Origin: Candidatus Marinacidobacterales bacterium
Lineage (GTDB): Bacteria; Acidobacteriota; Vicinamibacteria; Marinacidobacterales; SMYC01
NCBI GenBank assembly: GCA_965237955.1
Contig: OZ250169.1
Coordinates: 736,001-800,000 of the forward strand
Reading direction: 5' to 3'
DNA: 64,000 nt
Shown: positions 10,625-21,048 of the stretch, in pieces
Numbering within the stretch: the first letter of the stretch is position 1
Layout: each line of letters starts with the position of its first letter
The notes under the pieces: generated by a model
Seen by the model: the letters and a program-made list of their open reading frames with translations, nothing else
Told to the model about the DNA's origin: nothing
Database searches by the model: none
Program-made: the position numbers and the translations under genes

Positions 10625-10933
10625 TGTGCCTTCTATTTATTCATCCGGGCGCCCCAAACTTGATTAGTCTCCGGTCTGCCGGCACCATGCCTGCTTGATT
10701 TCGTCGTTTGTTCGCGCTCTCATCTCCGCCTTCAAGGCTCGTCGCGAGCTGGCTCTCGACAATGTCGCTCTTCGGCAGCAGCTCGCCGTCCTCCGCCGTT
10801 CGGTGAAACGGCCGCGGCTCTCGAACGTCGACCGCGGGTTTTGGGTAACTGTAGAGCCTAAGGGCCCTTGGCCCAGTCGCTAAGCTGCTGATTTATGGTC
10901 TATTTCAAAAGGGCCGAGTTTTGGCACAGGACG
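10625..10933 (+). mobile_element. 309-bp MITE (internally deleted rve element), copy 1
   Basis: Starts TGTGCCTTCTATTTATTC, encodes the transposase N-terminal stub MISSFVRAL...ALRQQLAVL, ends GAGTTTTGGCACAGGACG. Confidence 0.9.
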
Positions 10934-11048
10934 GGGTACGGTCCTGACAATGCGTCGTTCGCGTCAATCGTGCATGAGGCTACGTCGATCGCGTTCACGA
11001 TGCTGCTCAGCCATCTGACGTGTGCGGATAGTGGTTTCAAATCGTACG

Positions 11049-11705
11049 TCAGGAGATACGACGCCAGCCTCCAACCGGTCGAGACCGTCGTGAACGGAAA
11101 GTCCAGTGACAATATACCGTCGTGCTCGATGACCCTCTGAGGTGGGCGTCCCGTCCGACGATCTCCCCGTTGACGATGGCGATGAAGTGACCCGGTAAGA
11201 GTGCAACGCACCTCGCCGGCCGGCTGCCTAGTCCCCTGGATCTTTGATTACTATACAAAGTTAGGCTTTTCGCCAGCCCATAAGATTCATAAGATTCATG
11301 CACTTAGAAGGGTTTCGGCAAGCTCTGCTTTATCTAGTTTGTTCTGATACAGGGGACTAGCAGCGCGCCCAGTGTTTCCAGGTCCGTGGAGTAGTGACTC
11401 TTCGCCTTCAGGTACTTCAGGGCTATCTGGAACTCCTTGTTGGTGACGCCGCCATAGGGCCAGTTCTCCGTGCAGAAGCCGAAAGCTTCGACTATCCGGT
11501 TCTCTGGAATCCACGGCGCGGCCCAGTAGAGGGAAGCCAACGCGCAGTCGTGGTCTCCCGCGCCTATCGTGGTCGGGGCCACGAGATGAGCCCCCCCTAG
11601 CCAGACCCAGATTGTGTCCATTATCCGACGAAGAGCGAATGGACCTCTATTGCGTGCCGGTGCTGTGGTTACGGCCGGCCAGACCCGATCAGATGCGTTC
11701 TCCAT
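11049..11705 (-). pseudogene. Small papain-like/C39-like cysteine peptidase disrupted by a MITE
   Basis: DHDCALASL before the insert at 11228-11360 and PGHFIAIVNG after it. The frames join when the insert is removed. Confidence 0.5.
11228..11360. mobile_element. 125-bp MITE with CTAG target duplication, copy 1
   Basis: CTAG-TCCCCTG...CAGGGGA-CTAG. Second copy at 30985-31117. Confidence 0.85.
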
Positions 11706-11751
11706 GCAGTCTGGATTGTACAGCCATTGACTGTGGCTGGATATTGGTGAC

Positions 11752-12314
11752 ACCAACCCGCCCTGAGTCCACACTTGCGTGGTGAAGAAATCTGTTGCCG
11801 CGAGGACGTCCATGTGCGAGCGGATGAACTCCCTCCACGTCGTGGTCTTCCGACGCTCTGGTGCGAACGGAATGCCGTGGCGTTTCAGAATGTTACCGAC
11901 GGTTTGATCGGCCACTTCATGCCCGAGGTTGGCTAGCGCCCCGGCAATCCGGTCGTAACTCCAGGATTTGTTCTCCTTGGCGAGACGCACCACCAGCTCT
12001 TCGATGTCGGCGTCGACCCGCGGTCGCCCTGGATACTGACGGTTCTTGGAGCCATCGAACTTCTTCGCGACAAGCCTCCGGTGCCAACCTAGGATCGTGT
12101 CGGGCTTCACGATACTCGCGACCTCATCAAGGGCTTGCTTACCCAGACGCTTTCCGAGCTCGGCCAGAGACCGCCGTTCACCATCGGTCAGACGCAAGCG
12201 ACCCTGGAGCTGATTTCGAAGAACTCGATTCTCTGCTACAAGATACTCGTTGCGCAGGAGCAACTCCTCATCCACGGACCCTGAGATGTAGCTCAGCATG
12301 GTCTTCCAGTCCAT
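11752..12314 (-). pseudogene. rve transposase N-terminal half
   Basis: EYLVAENRVLR, IVKPDTILGWHRRLV, WSYDRIAGALANLG, AATDFFT, then homology is lost. Confidence 0.8.
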
Positions 12315-12744
12315 CGCGACTCCTTCCGCTGAACTGGAATACGTATCCGACCACGATGGCGGATTCAAGCAGCCTTTGGAAAGGTGCAAACTGCTGATCC
12401 GCTGGGCGTTCGAGTATTTTGACCAGACGACCACTTCGAAGTCCCCAGCGATGTCCACCACGGTGAGGCGAATCTGATGGCGTTCGATTCGTCTCCGTAC
12501 GAGGTGCAGCGGTGGAGGCGCTATCGGTTTATGTTACGGATCGACCTGCCGCTTTGGTCCGAGGTTTAACCCCAGACGCCGGCATTGACCACTCGGAAAC
12601 AGGCAGAATCTGGTTGATGGTGCTACAATCCGCCGTCTCGGCCCACTTGGCGACTGACAAAAATTTCCGCAAAATTCAGGGATATCGCGTAACCTCTGGA
12701 TGCCTAAAGCGAAGCTTATGACGACAATGTGAGGAGGTCGCTGG

Positions 12745-13215
12745 ATGAAGCTGTGGATTGACTGGACTCGTCCGATCCAGCTCAGAGACGTCAGAAGGGG
12801 TGTCATGATCTACAGCCTCGACCTTAGCAAGGTCGACGATGCAGCAGGGATCTACATCTTTGGAAGGCAGTGGGGCCGTCACTTCGAAGCGTTGTATGTG
12901 GGCAAGGCGAGCAACATCCGCGCACGCGTCAAGGGGCATCTCAACAACCTGCGTTTGATGCGGCATCTTCACGCCGCCAAAACCGGAAAGCGGGTTCTGC
13001 TGGCCGGTAGACTTGTGACGAAACGCGGCCAACGACTATCCAAGTGCTTGGCCTTGGCTGAGCGGGCTCTCATCCGGTATCTCTTGTCGAAAGGCCACGA
13101 CCTAGTCAACAAGCAAGGAACCAAGCTTCGTAGGCATCAACTAGAATTCTCAGGTCAGTATCCGAAACGATCCTTCCCGACAACGATTTACCTGGAGAAA
13201 ACCAAAGGCGAATAG
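12745..13215 (+). CDS. GIY-YIG nuclease
   Basis: GIYIF...LYVGKASNIRARVKGH...AERALIR...LVN. Confidence 0.75.
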   Translation: MKLWIDWTRPIQLRDVRRGVMIYSLDLSKVDDAAGIYIFGRQWGRHFEALYVGKASNIRARVKGHLNNLRLMRHLHAAKTGKRVLLAGRLVTKRGQRLSKCLALAERALIRYLLSKGHDLVNKQGTKLRRHQLEFSGQYPKRSFPTTIYLEKTKGE

Positions 13216-13370
13216 TAGATCAACGTGGCGACGTGACAACGTGCCAGATTACCGGAATCCGTTACGCCGTCGGGATCCAGCGTTGGGACAATGACAAAGG
13301 GTACTTTCGAGTGAACGAACGATTTCGCTCACTCCCCGATGACCTCCGCCCACGCGGGCGGTGCCATTGC

Positions 13371-13480
13371 TGTCAAGTTGAGGTCTCAAGCTCGGAGCGG
13401 GCCGCTAAATAATGGGGCTTGAGCGCACCGTGTTGCCAACATCTTGGGGTCGGATCGGCCCTGAATGCCTCAACTTGACA
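13371..13480. repeat. 110-bp segment bounded by a perfect 13-bp inverted repeat
   Basis: TGTCAAGTTGAGG...CCTCAACTTGACA. Related copies at 28422-28531 and 58775-58828. Confidence 0.8.
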
Positions 13481-13581
13481 GTACCTTGCGGTGTATTCGA
13501 TGGCAAGCGGTGCCACGACGTTTCGCTGACGATCCTGCCCAACGCGTTTGCCGGTGGCTCGGCCGGACCCGAGGTCATAAG

Positions 13582-14102
13582 ATGAGCCCGAACGACGTCC
13601 AATTGGATAACCCCTCGCTCCGGCTGGCGCGCTACCTGAAGGAGTTCGTCGGGCTTCGGACAACCACAGTCCGAGATGTGACGAATTATGACACCGTTCT
13701 TTGGTTTGGCAACATGCCTCAAGAGTCGGACTGTCGATGCGCGGCATGGATGGACGACCACGATACAGACGACCCTTGGCTGGAGGTCAAGAAGCAGCGA
13801 TTCGAAAAGACGCCACCACCGCCCGCGTCGACGCTGCCGTGGCTAGACGAGCAAGCACTCAGGCGCGCGACGACCGAAATCCCCGCGTTGCGGCCGACCA
13901 TATTCCTGCAGGACCAAGAAGCTGAGCTTGAAGAGGGAGAGACTCCACCGCTGAGGGAACGGTCACTCAGCGACCATCCGGAGGTCCAGAAAGCCTACGA
14001 CAGCTACGCGCCACACTGGGAGGCGTGGTCGACGGAGCATCGTCGTCGCGAGGCGATTCAGAGAGTCTACGCCCAGCTGTTCCGCTTGCATACGCAAGTA
14101 CA
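13582..14102 (+). pseudogene. N-terminal fragment of a large protein resembling defence-associated AAA/SF1-helicase proteins
   Basis: LARYLKEFVGLRTTTVRDVTNYDTVLWF...WLEVKK...VYAQLF. Stops abruptly at about 14102. Family recalled from memory only. Confidence 0.4.
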
Positions 14103-14138
14103 ACCTTCGCACCTCTGCCACCAGCTCTTTGGAGAGCA

Positions 14139-14546
14139 TCACCATCCCTCGATCTCGAGCCATCGACTGCGTCGACCGCAGAGCCGACACCGTGGAGGGA
14201 ACTCGAATGCGATTTCTCGGTCGCTGACATCCTCGAAGCCGATGCCCGCAACGACTACCGCCACCTTGACAGAACCCGTGGTTAGGTCTCTACCCTGATC
14301 CGTCACCCGTCGTTTCAGACGTTCTAGATACGCGCGCTGGTGATCTCGGTGATCCAGCCGACCTTCAGGACTTTCTTGATGCAGACGATTCGCCGCACGA
14401 CACTGCTCACGACGACATCGTTGTTGACACTCTTCGCTGCAGTAGCGCTGACCCCGGTCGCACGAACGACAGATGTGAAACTCCCGACCACATCGGCGGT
14501 CGCGGCAAAACCTCCGCCGCAGAACGGGTTCGCTCGTCTGCACCAT
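14139..14546 (-). CDS. Cys-rich accessory ORF of the type found upstream of IS21-like transposases
   Basis: ICRSCDRGQRYCSEEC...HQESPEGRLDHRDHQRAY...CRLCG. Confidence 0.55.
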   Translation of the reverse strand: MVQTSEPVLRRRFCRDRRCGREFHICRSCDRGQRYCSEECQQRCRREQCRAANRLHQESPEGRLDHRDHQRAYLERLKRRVTDQGRDLTTGSVKVAVVVAGIGFEDVSDREIAFEFPPRCRLCGRRSRWLEIEGW

Positions 14547-14551
14547 TGTCC

Positions 14552-15635
14552 GGCGTTGTTGCACCGCTCTGGCTGAGAGCGAAATCCGCCTATGGTGGTG
14601 GCCGAGGTATGTTCGAGCATGAAGTATCCCAAGCGCTGCCAGTACAAGCACGCGAAGCAGAAGAAGTACCACGTTCGCAACTGGGCGGAATACAACGAAG
14701 GGCTGCGCCGCCGGGGCGATTTGACAGTCTGGTTTGACGAGGAGGCAATCGCGAACTGGAAGGCCGACAAGACCGGTAAGCCTGGCGGTCAACGGGTCTA
14801 TTCAGACATGGCGATTGAAACGGGCCTGGTTGTCCGGATGGTGTACAAGCTCGCCTACCGACAAACCGAAGGCTTCTTGCACTCGATCGCCTCGCTTCTC
14901 GGCTCGGTATCGAGATACCGGACTACTCGACGTTGTGTCGGCGCTCGAGGTTGCTCCGCAAGAAGCTGCGGATTCCGAAAGCCGCGAGCACTCAACCCAT
15001 CCACCTGATGATCGATAGCACGGGCTTGAGGATTCATGTTGGAAACGCTCGCAAACCGCCAAAGCAGCGCGCATGGCGCAAGTTGCACATCGCCGTTGAT
15101 CGCGAGACAGGGAACATTGTTGCGTCCGAACTGACGGCGTCACGAGCTCGCGACGCAACCCGAGTCCCCGCTTTGCTAACACAGATTCAAGCACCTCTAG
15201 TGTCGGTGGCGGCGGACAGTGCATTCGACAAGGAAGCGGTCTACGAAGCCATCGAAGCGCACAGTCCTGGACGAAGGACGCGCGTGGTGATTCCGCCGCA
15301 ACGAAACGCGACGCTCAGTCAGAATTCGAACACCGCCATGCAGGAGCGCGATCGCCATATTCGTGCAATCGAAAGACACGGCCGACGTGAATGGTACAAG
15401 CTCTCAGGCTACACCAAGCGAAGCATGGTGGAGAACGCGGTCTATCGTTACAAGGCGATCATCGGGCCGGAGATGCGGGCTCGAACGTTGGCGAGGCAAC
15501 GAGTTGAACACCGAATTGGGTGCGAGATACTCAACAAGATGGCTGCGCTCGGGATGCCCGATACGTACTGCGCCGGGTGACTCTGCAACCGGCACAGGGA
15601 GGTCAGCGATTTGCTCCGGGCCGTGCAACAACGCC
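14552..15635 (+). mobile_element. IS5 family (IS903-like), copy 2, frameshifted
   Basis: Same IRs, 1 bp shorter than the other copies, transposase split into 14592-15008 and 14933-15580. Confidence 0.9.
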
Positions 15636-16379
<744 letters not shown>

Positions 16380-16483
16380 ATTGCCAATCAGACCAAGAGG
16401 AGGGCCTTGATGCCCGAGGCTTGGCGCTGGTACACCCAGCGGCACCTTCGTCGGAGAATTTCTCAACTTCTACACAAATCTTA

Positions 16484-16981
16484 CTACTTGATCATCGAGA
16501 AAATGATCGAAGGCACCAATGGTTCACCGGCCGGCTGGATAGCTTCAATGCATAGGTTCGCCTCTGAATTATTAGCTGACATCATGACTTCTACAACATC
16601 ACCCGCCTTCAGTGGGACGATTCCCTGCGATATGATGACGTCTTTCGCCCTGCTGTCGGCATCCTGACACAGCTGTACGTTGGAGTTCGCTACATCATCT
16701 CCATTAACACGTAGCCATAAATCGAAGCAACCATAGGGTCCTCCACCTTCGCGTCCCACTTGGGGTGCAGCGACTATCAGATAGGGTCCGGCTTCACTTA
16801 CAGTGATTTTGTTGTCTTTTAGGGCAAGGCCATTGGCTGCATCCGTGACATCCATTTTAACGACCACGGGTGCATTGCCGGGGCACTGGGTAATCGTTGA
16901 GGATGCCTGCAAATACTGGTCGGCGTTTGCCATACTCATGGATGTCAATAATACAAACACTGTAGAGATAATCTTCTTCAT
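16484..16981 (-). CDS. Secreted beta-sandwich protein, C1q/TNF (BclA-CTD)-like
   Basis: Signal peptide MKKIISTVFVLL...ANA. ITVSEAGPYLI, LWLRVNG and VPLKAGDVVEV fit the C1q-like strand pattern. Confidence 0.5.
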   Translation of the reverse strand: MKKIISTVFVLLTSMSMANADQYLQASSTITQCPGNAPVVVKMDVTDAANGLALKDNKITVSEAGPYLIVAAPQVGREGGGPYGCFDLWLRVNGDDVANSNVQLCQDADSRAKDVIISQGIVPLKAGDVVEVMMSANNSEANLCIEAIQPAGEPLVPSIIFSMIK

Positions 16982-17405
16982 GCTCTTGCGCTCCTTTTCA
17001 GTCCAGGTCAAAGCTTTTTGGGCATTCAGCTCAGCCAGTCGGGCAGGCGGTCCCCCTGACACCTGACGATGGCTTGCCGGTCAACTAAGTCAGTACAAGT
17101 AGAGTACTTTAGCAGAATTTATGGCGTAGTCAAAGGATGCTGGGCAGGTCGTAGGTGCAAACTGCTGACCCGCTGGGCCTTCGCGTATTTTGACCAGACG
17201 GGTTTTGGCGCTTTTGGCGCAGGATCTATTCGGTCGCAGCTCCGGAGCTCGTGTTTGTGGGTGTCCATTCGAGTCTGGAGAGACGGTTTCCCGAAGAGTT
17301 CGGACGCCGGGTCGAGAACGCCAGACCGGAGACTAATCAAGTTCGGTGCGCGCGGATGAATAAATAGAAGGCACAGGTACCAGCGCAGGAGTCAAGCCCA
17401 TTCTC

Positions 17406-17662
17406 CTAAGAAACTACCGCCTGAACGACGTCGCCCGTTTGAGTGTCGATGAGAGCGAAACCGAGGTCAGCGGCGCGTTGGGTCAGGCGGCGCACGGCAC
17501 GGGAGCGATCTTGAGCGTTGTAGGCGGCGGCCCCGGGGTCTTGATAGACGAGCCCATCCTTGAGAGTGCGGTAGACGAGAATGGCGAGCTTTCGAGCGGT
17601 GGCGGTGATGGCTTTGGATTTACCGACGCGATAGGCGAGACGTCGATAGTAGGCGCCAAGGA
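17406..17662 (-). pseudogene. IS110-family transposase C-terminal fragment
   Basis: Manual translation: LGAYYRRLAYRVGKSKAITATARKLAILVYRTLKDG. Confidence 0.75.
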
Positions 17663-17694
17663 GGTTGAGGTTGCCGTCGAGAAAAGCGTATTGA

Positions 17695-18300
17695 AGCCAA
17701 TTCGAATTCCGGCTCGAATGGCCACCCGTCCATGAGGTGTGCGGGGACCGAGCACGTGAAGGCAGCCGTTAAATCACTGTAGAAAAAGAGGATAAAATGA
17801 TGTGGACACCACTGCTTCTCTGAGTATTCGCTACATTGCCCCAACACGCGCATGGCGAAAAGGGCGATATGACTCGCAAAACTCGCAAAGCCCCCCGTAT
17901 GGGCCAGGACGTAGGTTCCGACCTGTGCTTCGGGGTTTCCAGCCGAGACCGGATAGCTCCGGACTTCACCATCCGCCACCCAGTCTTGCAAATTGTGGCA
18001 CTGCAGAGACGGGTGAGATTTTCCGCGCGGTTTGCGGGGTTTTATAGGATTAGGTGTCACCAGAGACGCGCTAGAAGGGCTGAAGAGGCCTCATTTTCGG
18101 TTTTGGTCTCTAATCTCGATTTTCGAGTGCCACGTTTGCGCCAAAGGGGGGATTGGGCCGCTGACGGGGCCGTGCAGCGTCGGAAAAGAGGCTACCCGAG
18201 GGGTCCAGAATCAAGGCCAGGGCTACCGCGGCGTAGCCGGCTAGCACGTTCTGGTCCAGGTGCGGCCCGGGCCTGGATCCAGGTCTCCGTGGCATCCCGT
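17695..18300. repeat. ~600-bp non-coding block homologous to 53240-53880 (downstream region of the serine recombinase element)
   Basis: Collinear shared motifs, e.g. CCGAGACCGGATAGCTCC, AATTGTGGCACTGCAGAGACGG, TTTTCGAGTGCCACGTTTGCGC, CTAGCACGTTCTGGTCCA. Confidence 0.8.
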
Positions 18301-18582
18301 TGCTGGACGGTGTTTCCCCTGCGCGTACGGGGAACCCGAATCGCCGACATCGCCTCCGAAACGCCCCAGATCTGGGGCTCGCCACGGGGCGATGACCATC
18401 GAAACGGCCCGGCGCGCCAGTCTTGAGTTCGTTTGTGTTTTTGGACAGGACGGGTCGACATTCGAGAGCCGCGGCCGTTTCACCGAACGGCGGAGCACGG
18501 CGAGCTGCTGCCGAAGAGCGACATTCTCGAGAGCCAGCTCGCGACGAGCAGCACCCGCCTTCTGTAATTTGGTGCTGATATC

Positions 18583-21045
18583 ATGGCCGGAGCAATGGAC
18601 AAGAAAAGCCTCAGTGAACGTGACATCTGCACCAAGTTCATCACACCGGCCTTGCGCCAAGCCGGGTGGGACGAGATGGCGCAGATCCGGGAGGAGGTCA
18701 GCTTCACCAAGGGCCGCATCATCGTGCGCGGCAAGCTGGTCAGCCGGGGAAAGGGCAAGCGGGCCGACTACATCCTTTATTACAAGCCCAACATTCCCAT
18801 CGCCCTGATCGAGGCCAAGGACAACACCCACGCCACCGGCGACGGGATGCAGCAGGGGCTGGACTACGCCGAGACCCTGAATATCCCCTTCGTGTTTTCC
18901 TCCAACGGCGACGGCTTCGTCTTCCACGACCGGACGGGAGCAGGCGCCGAGCGGGAAACGACCCTCGGTCTTGACGCCTTCCCGCCGCCCGACGACCTGT
19001 GGGCGCGCTATCGCGCCTGGAAGGGGCTGACGCCCGAGGCCGAATCCATCGTCCTGCAGGACTATTTCGACGATGGCGGCGACAAGGCCCCGCGCTACTA
19101 CCAGGTCAACGCCATCAACGCCGCCATCGAGGCTATCGCCAAAGGTAACGAACGTATCCTGCTGGTCATGGCGACCGGTACTGGCAAGACCTATACCGCT
19201 TTTCAAATCATCTGGCGGCTATGGAAGGCGGGCCGCAAGAAGCGCATCCTGTTTCTGGCAGATCGCAACGTGTTGGTCGACCAGACGATGGTCAACGACT
19301 TCCGGCCTTTCGGCGCGGCGATGGCGAAGCTCTCGACAAAAGCAAAGACCATCGAACGAGCGGACGGCACTTCCGAAGACCTGACCAGCGCCATCGACGC
19401 AAGACGGCGCATCGACCCCGCCTATGAAATCTATCTCAGCCTCTATCAGGCGATCACCGGACCGGAAGAACATCAGAAGATTTTCCGTGAGTTCTCGCCC
19501 GGATTCTTCGACCTCATTGTGATCGACGAGTGCCATCGCGGCAGCGCCGCCGATGATTCGGCCTGGCGGGAGATTCTGGAGTACTTTTCGTCAGCCACCC
19601 AAATCGGCCTCACCGCCACACCCAAGGAAACCCGCTACGTTTCCAACATCCACTACTTCGGCGAGCCGGTGTACACCTATTCCCTGAAGGAGGGTATCCG
19701 CGACGGTTTTCTGGCACCCTACAAGGTCGTCAAGATCCATGTTGATCGCGACGTGGAGGGCTATCGTCCCGAAAAGGGGCAGCTTGACCGCAATGGCGAG
19801 GAGGTCGAGGACCGCATCTACAACGTCAAGGACTTCGACCGCACGCTGGTCCTAGATGAGCGGACCAAGCTCGTGGCCCGAAAGGTCACGGCGTTCTTGA
19901 AGGAAAGTGGAGACCGTTTTCAGAAAGCGATCGTTTTCTGTGTCGACCAGGAACATGCTGCTCGCGTGCGCCAGGCACTCATCAACGAAAACGCCGACCT
20001 GGTGGAAAAGAACCACCGCTACGTCATGCGCATCACCGGCGCCGACCTTGAGGGGCAGAAGCAACTCAGCAACTTCATCGACCCGGAATCCAGATACCCC
20101 GTGTTGGTCACCACATCACAGCTGCTATCGACCGGTGTCGATGTGCAGACTTGCCGGCTCATCGTGCTGGACCGCGAGGTCGGCTCCATGACCGAGTTCA
20201 AGCAGATCATCGGGCGCGGGACGCGCGTGCATGAGGATACCCGCAAGTTCTACTTCACCTTGATGGATTTTAGGGGCGCGACCACCCATTTCGCGGACCC
20301 GGATTTCGACGGCGAACCGGTGCAAATATACGAACCCGGCGATGACGACCCTATCCTGCCGCCCGAAGATACTTCGCCCAACGGCGACAGCGATGACCCC
20401 ATACCGCCGGAACCGGGCGATGACGAAACCGGTGTTGACGAACCGCCCGACATCATCGTGCCGAATACCGATGGTAGTGTGCGCAAGGTCTATGTGGATG
20501 GTGTCGCCGCGGCCATCGTCGCCGAACGGGTGGAATATCTCGATGAGAACGGCAAGCTCGTCACCGAATCCCTGCGCGACTTCACAAAAAAGGCGCTGAG
20601 GAAGCGCTTCGCCAGCCTCGACGATTTCTTGAAGCGCTGGAAAGCCGCCGAACGCAAGCAGGCGATTGTCGAGGAGCTGGAGGCCGAGGGCTTGCCGCTC
20701 GACATCATCGCCTTGGAATTGGGCAAGGACCTCGACCCCTTCGACCTCATTTGCCATGTCGCCTTCGATGCCAAGCCACTGACCCGGCGCGAGCGGGCCG
20801 ACAACGTCAAGAAGCGGGGCGTGTTCAACAAGTACGGAGACCAGGCCCGCGCTGTGCTCGACGCGTTGCTCGCCAAGTACGCCGACGAAGGTGTGTTCAA
20901 CCTCGACGACATAACCGTGCTGCGCATCCCACCCTTCACCCAACTCGGCACGCCGGTGCAGTTGGTCGAGGTCTTCGGCGGGAGAGCGGGTTTCATCGAG
21001 GCCGTCCACGAGCTTCAATCGGCCCTTTATCGGGAGACTGCTTAG
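18583..21045 (+). CDS. hsdR: Type I restriction endonuclease subunit R (EcoAI/EcoEI-like)
   Basis: ADYIL...IEAK nuclease motif, MATGTGKT, IDECHRGS, LTATP, QIIGRGTR. Confidence 0.95.
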   Translation: MAGAMDKKSLSERDICTKFITPALRQAGWDEMAQIREEVSFTKGRIIVRGKLVSRGKGKRADYILYYKPNIPIALIEAKDNTHATGDGMQQGLDYAETLNIPFVFSSNGDGFVFHDRTGAGAERETTLGLDAFPPPDDLWARYRAWKGLTPEAESIVLQDYFDDGGDKAPRYYQVNAINAAIEAIAKGNERILLVMATGTGKTYTAFQIIWRLWKAGRKKRILFLADRNVLVDQTMVNDFRPFGAAMAKLSTKAKTIERADGTSEDLTSAIDARRRIDPAYEIYLSLYQAITGPEEHQKIFREFSPGFFDLIVIDECHRGSAADDSAWREILEYFSSATQIGLTATPKETRYVSNIHYFGEPVYTYSLKEGIRDGFLAPYKVVKIHVDRDVEGYRPEKGQLDRNGEEVEDRIYNVKDFDRTLVLDERTKLVARKVTAFLKESGDRFQKAIVFCVDQEHAARVRQALINENADLVEKNHRYVMRITGADLEGQKQLSNFIDPESRYPVLVTTSQLLSTGVDVQTCRLIVLDREVGSMTEFKQIIGRGTRVHEDTRKFYFTLMDFRGATTHFADPDFDGEPVQIYEPGDDDPILPPEDTSPNGDSDDPIPPEPGDDETGVDEPPDIIVPNTDGSVRKVYVDGVAAAIVAERVEYLDENGKLVTESLRDFTKKALRKRFASLDDFLKRWKAAERKQAIVEELEAEGLPLDIIALELGKDLDPFDLICHVAFDAKPLTRRERADNVKKRGVFNKYGDQARAVLDALLAKYADEGVFNLDDITVLRIPPFTQLGTPVQLVEVFGGRAGFIEAVHELQSALYRETA

Positions 21046-21048
21046 CCC

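Noticed and set aside
11334-12461. 375-aa ORF as a transposase-peptidase fusion
   Set aside because: Chance in-frame junction of a truncated transposase, a disrupted gene and a MITE.
17940-17980. Functional tRNA gene
   Set aside because: No T-loop GTTCGA or cloverleaf. Only the acceptor-end-like tail is present.
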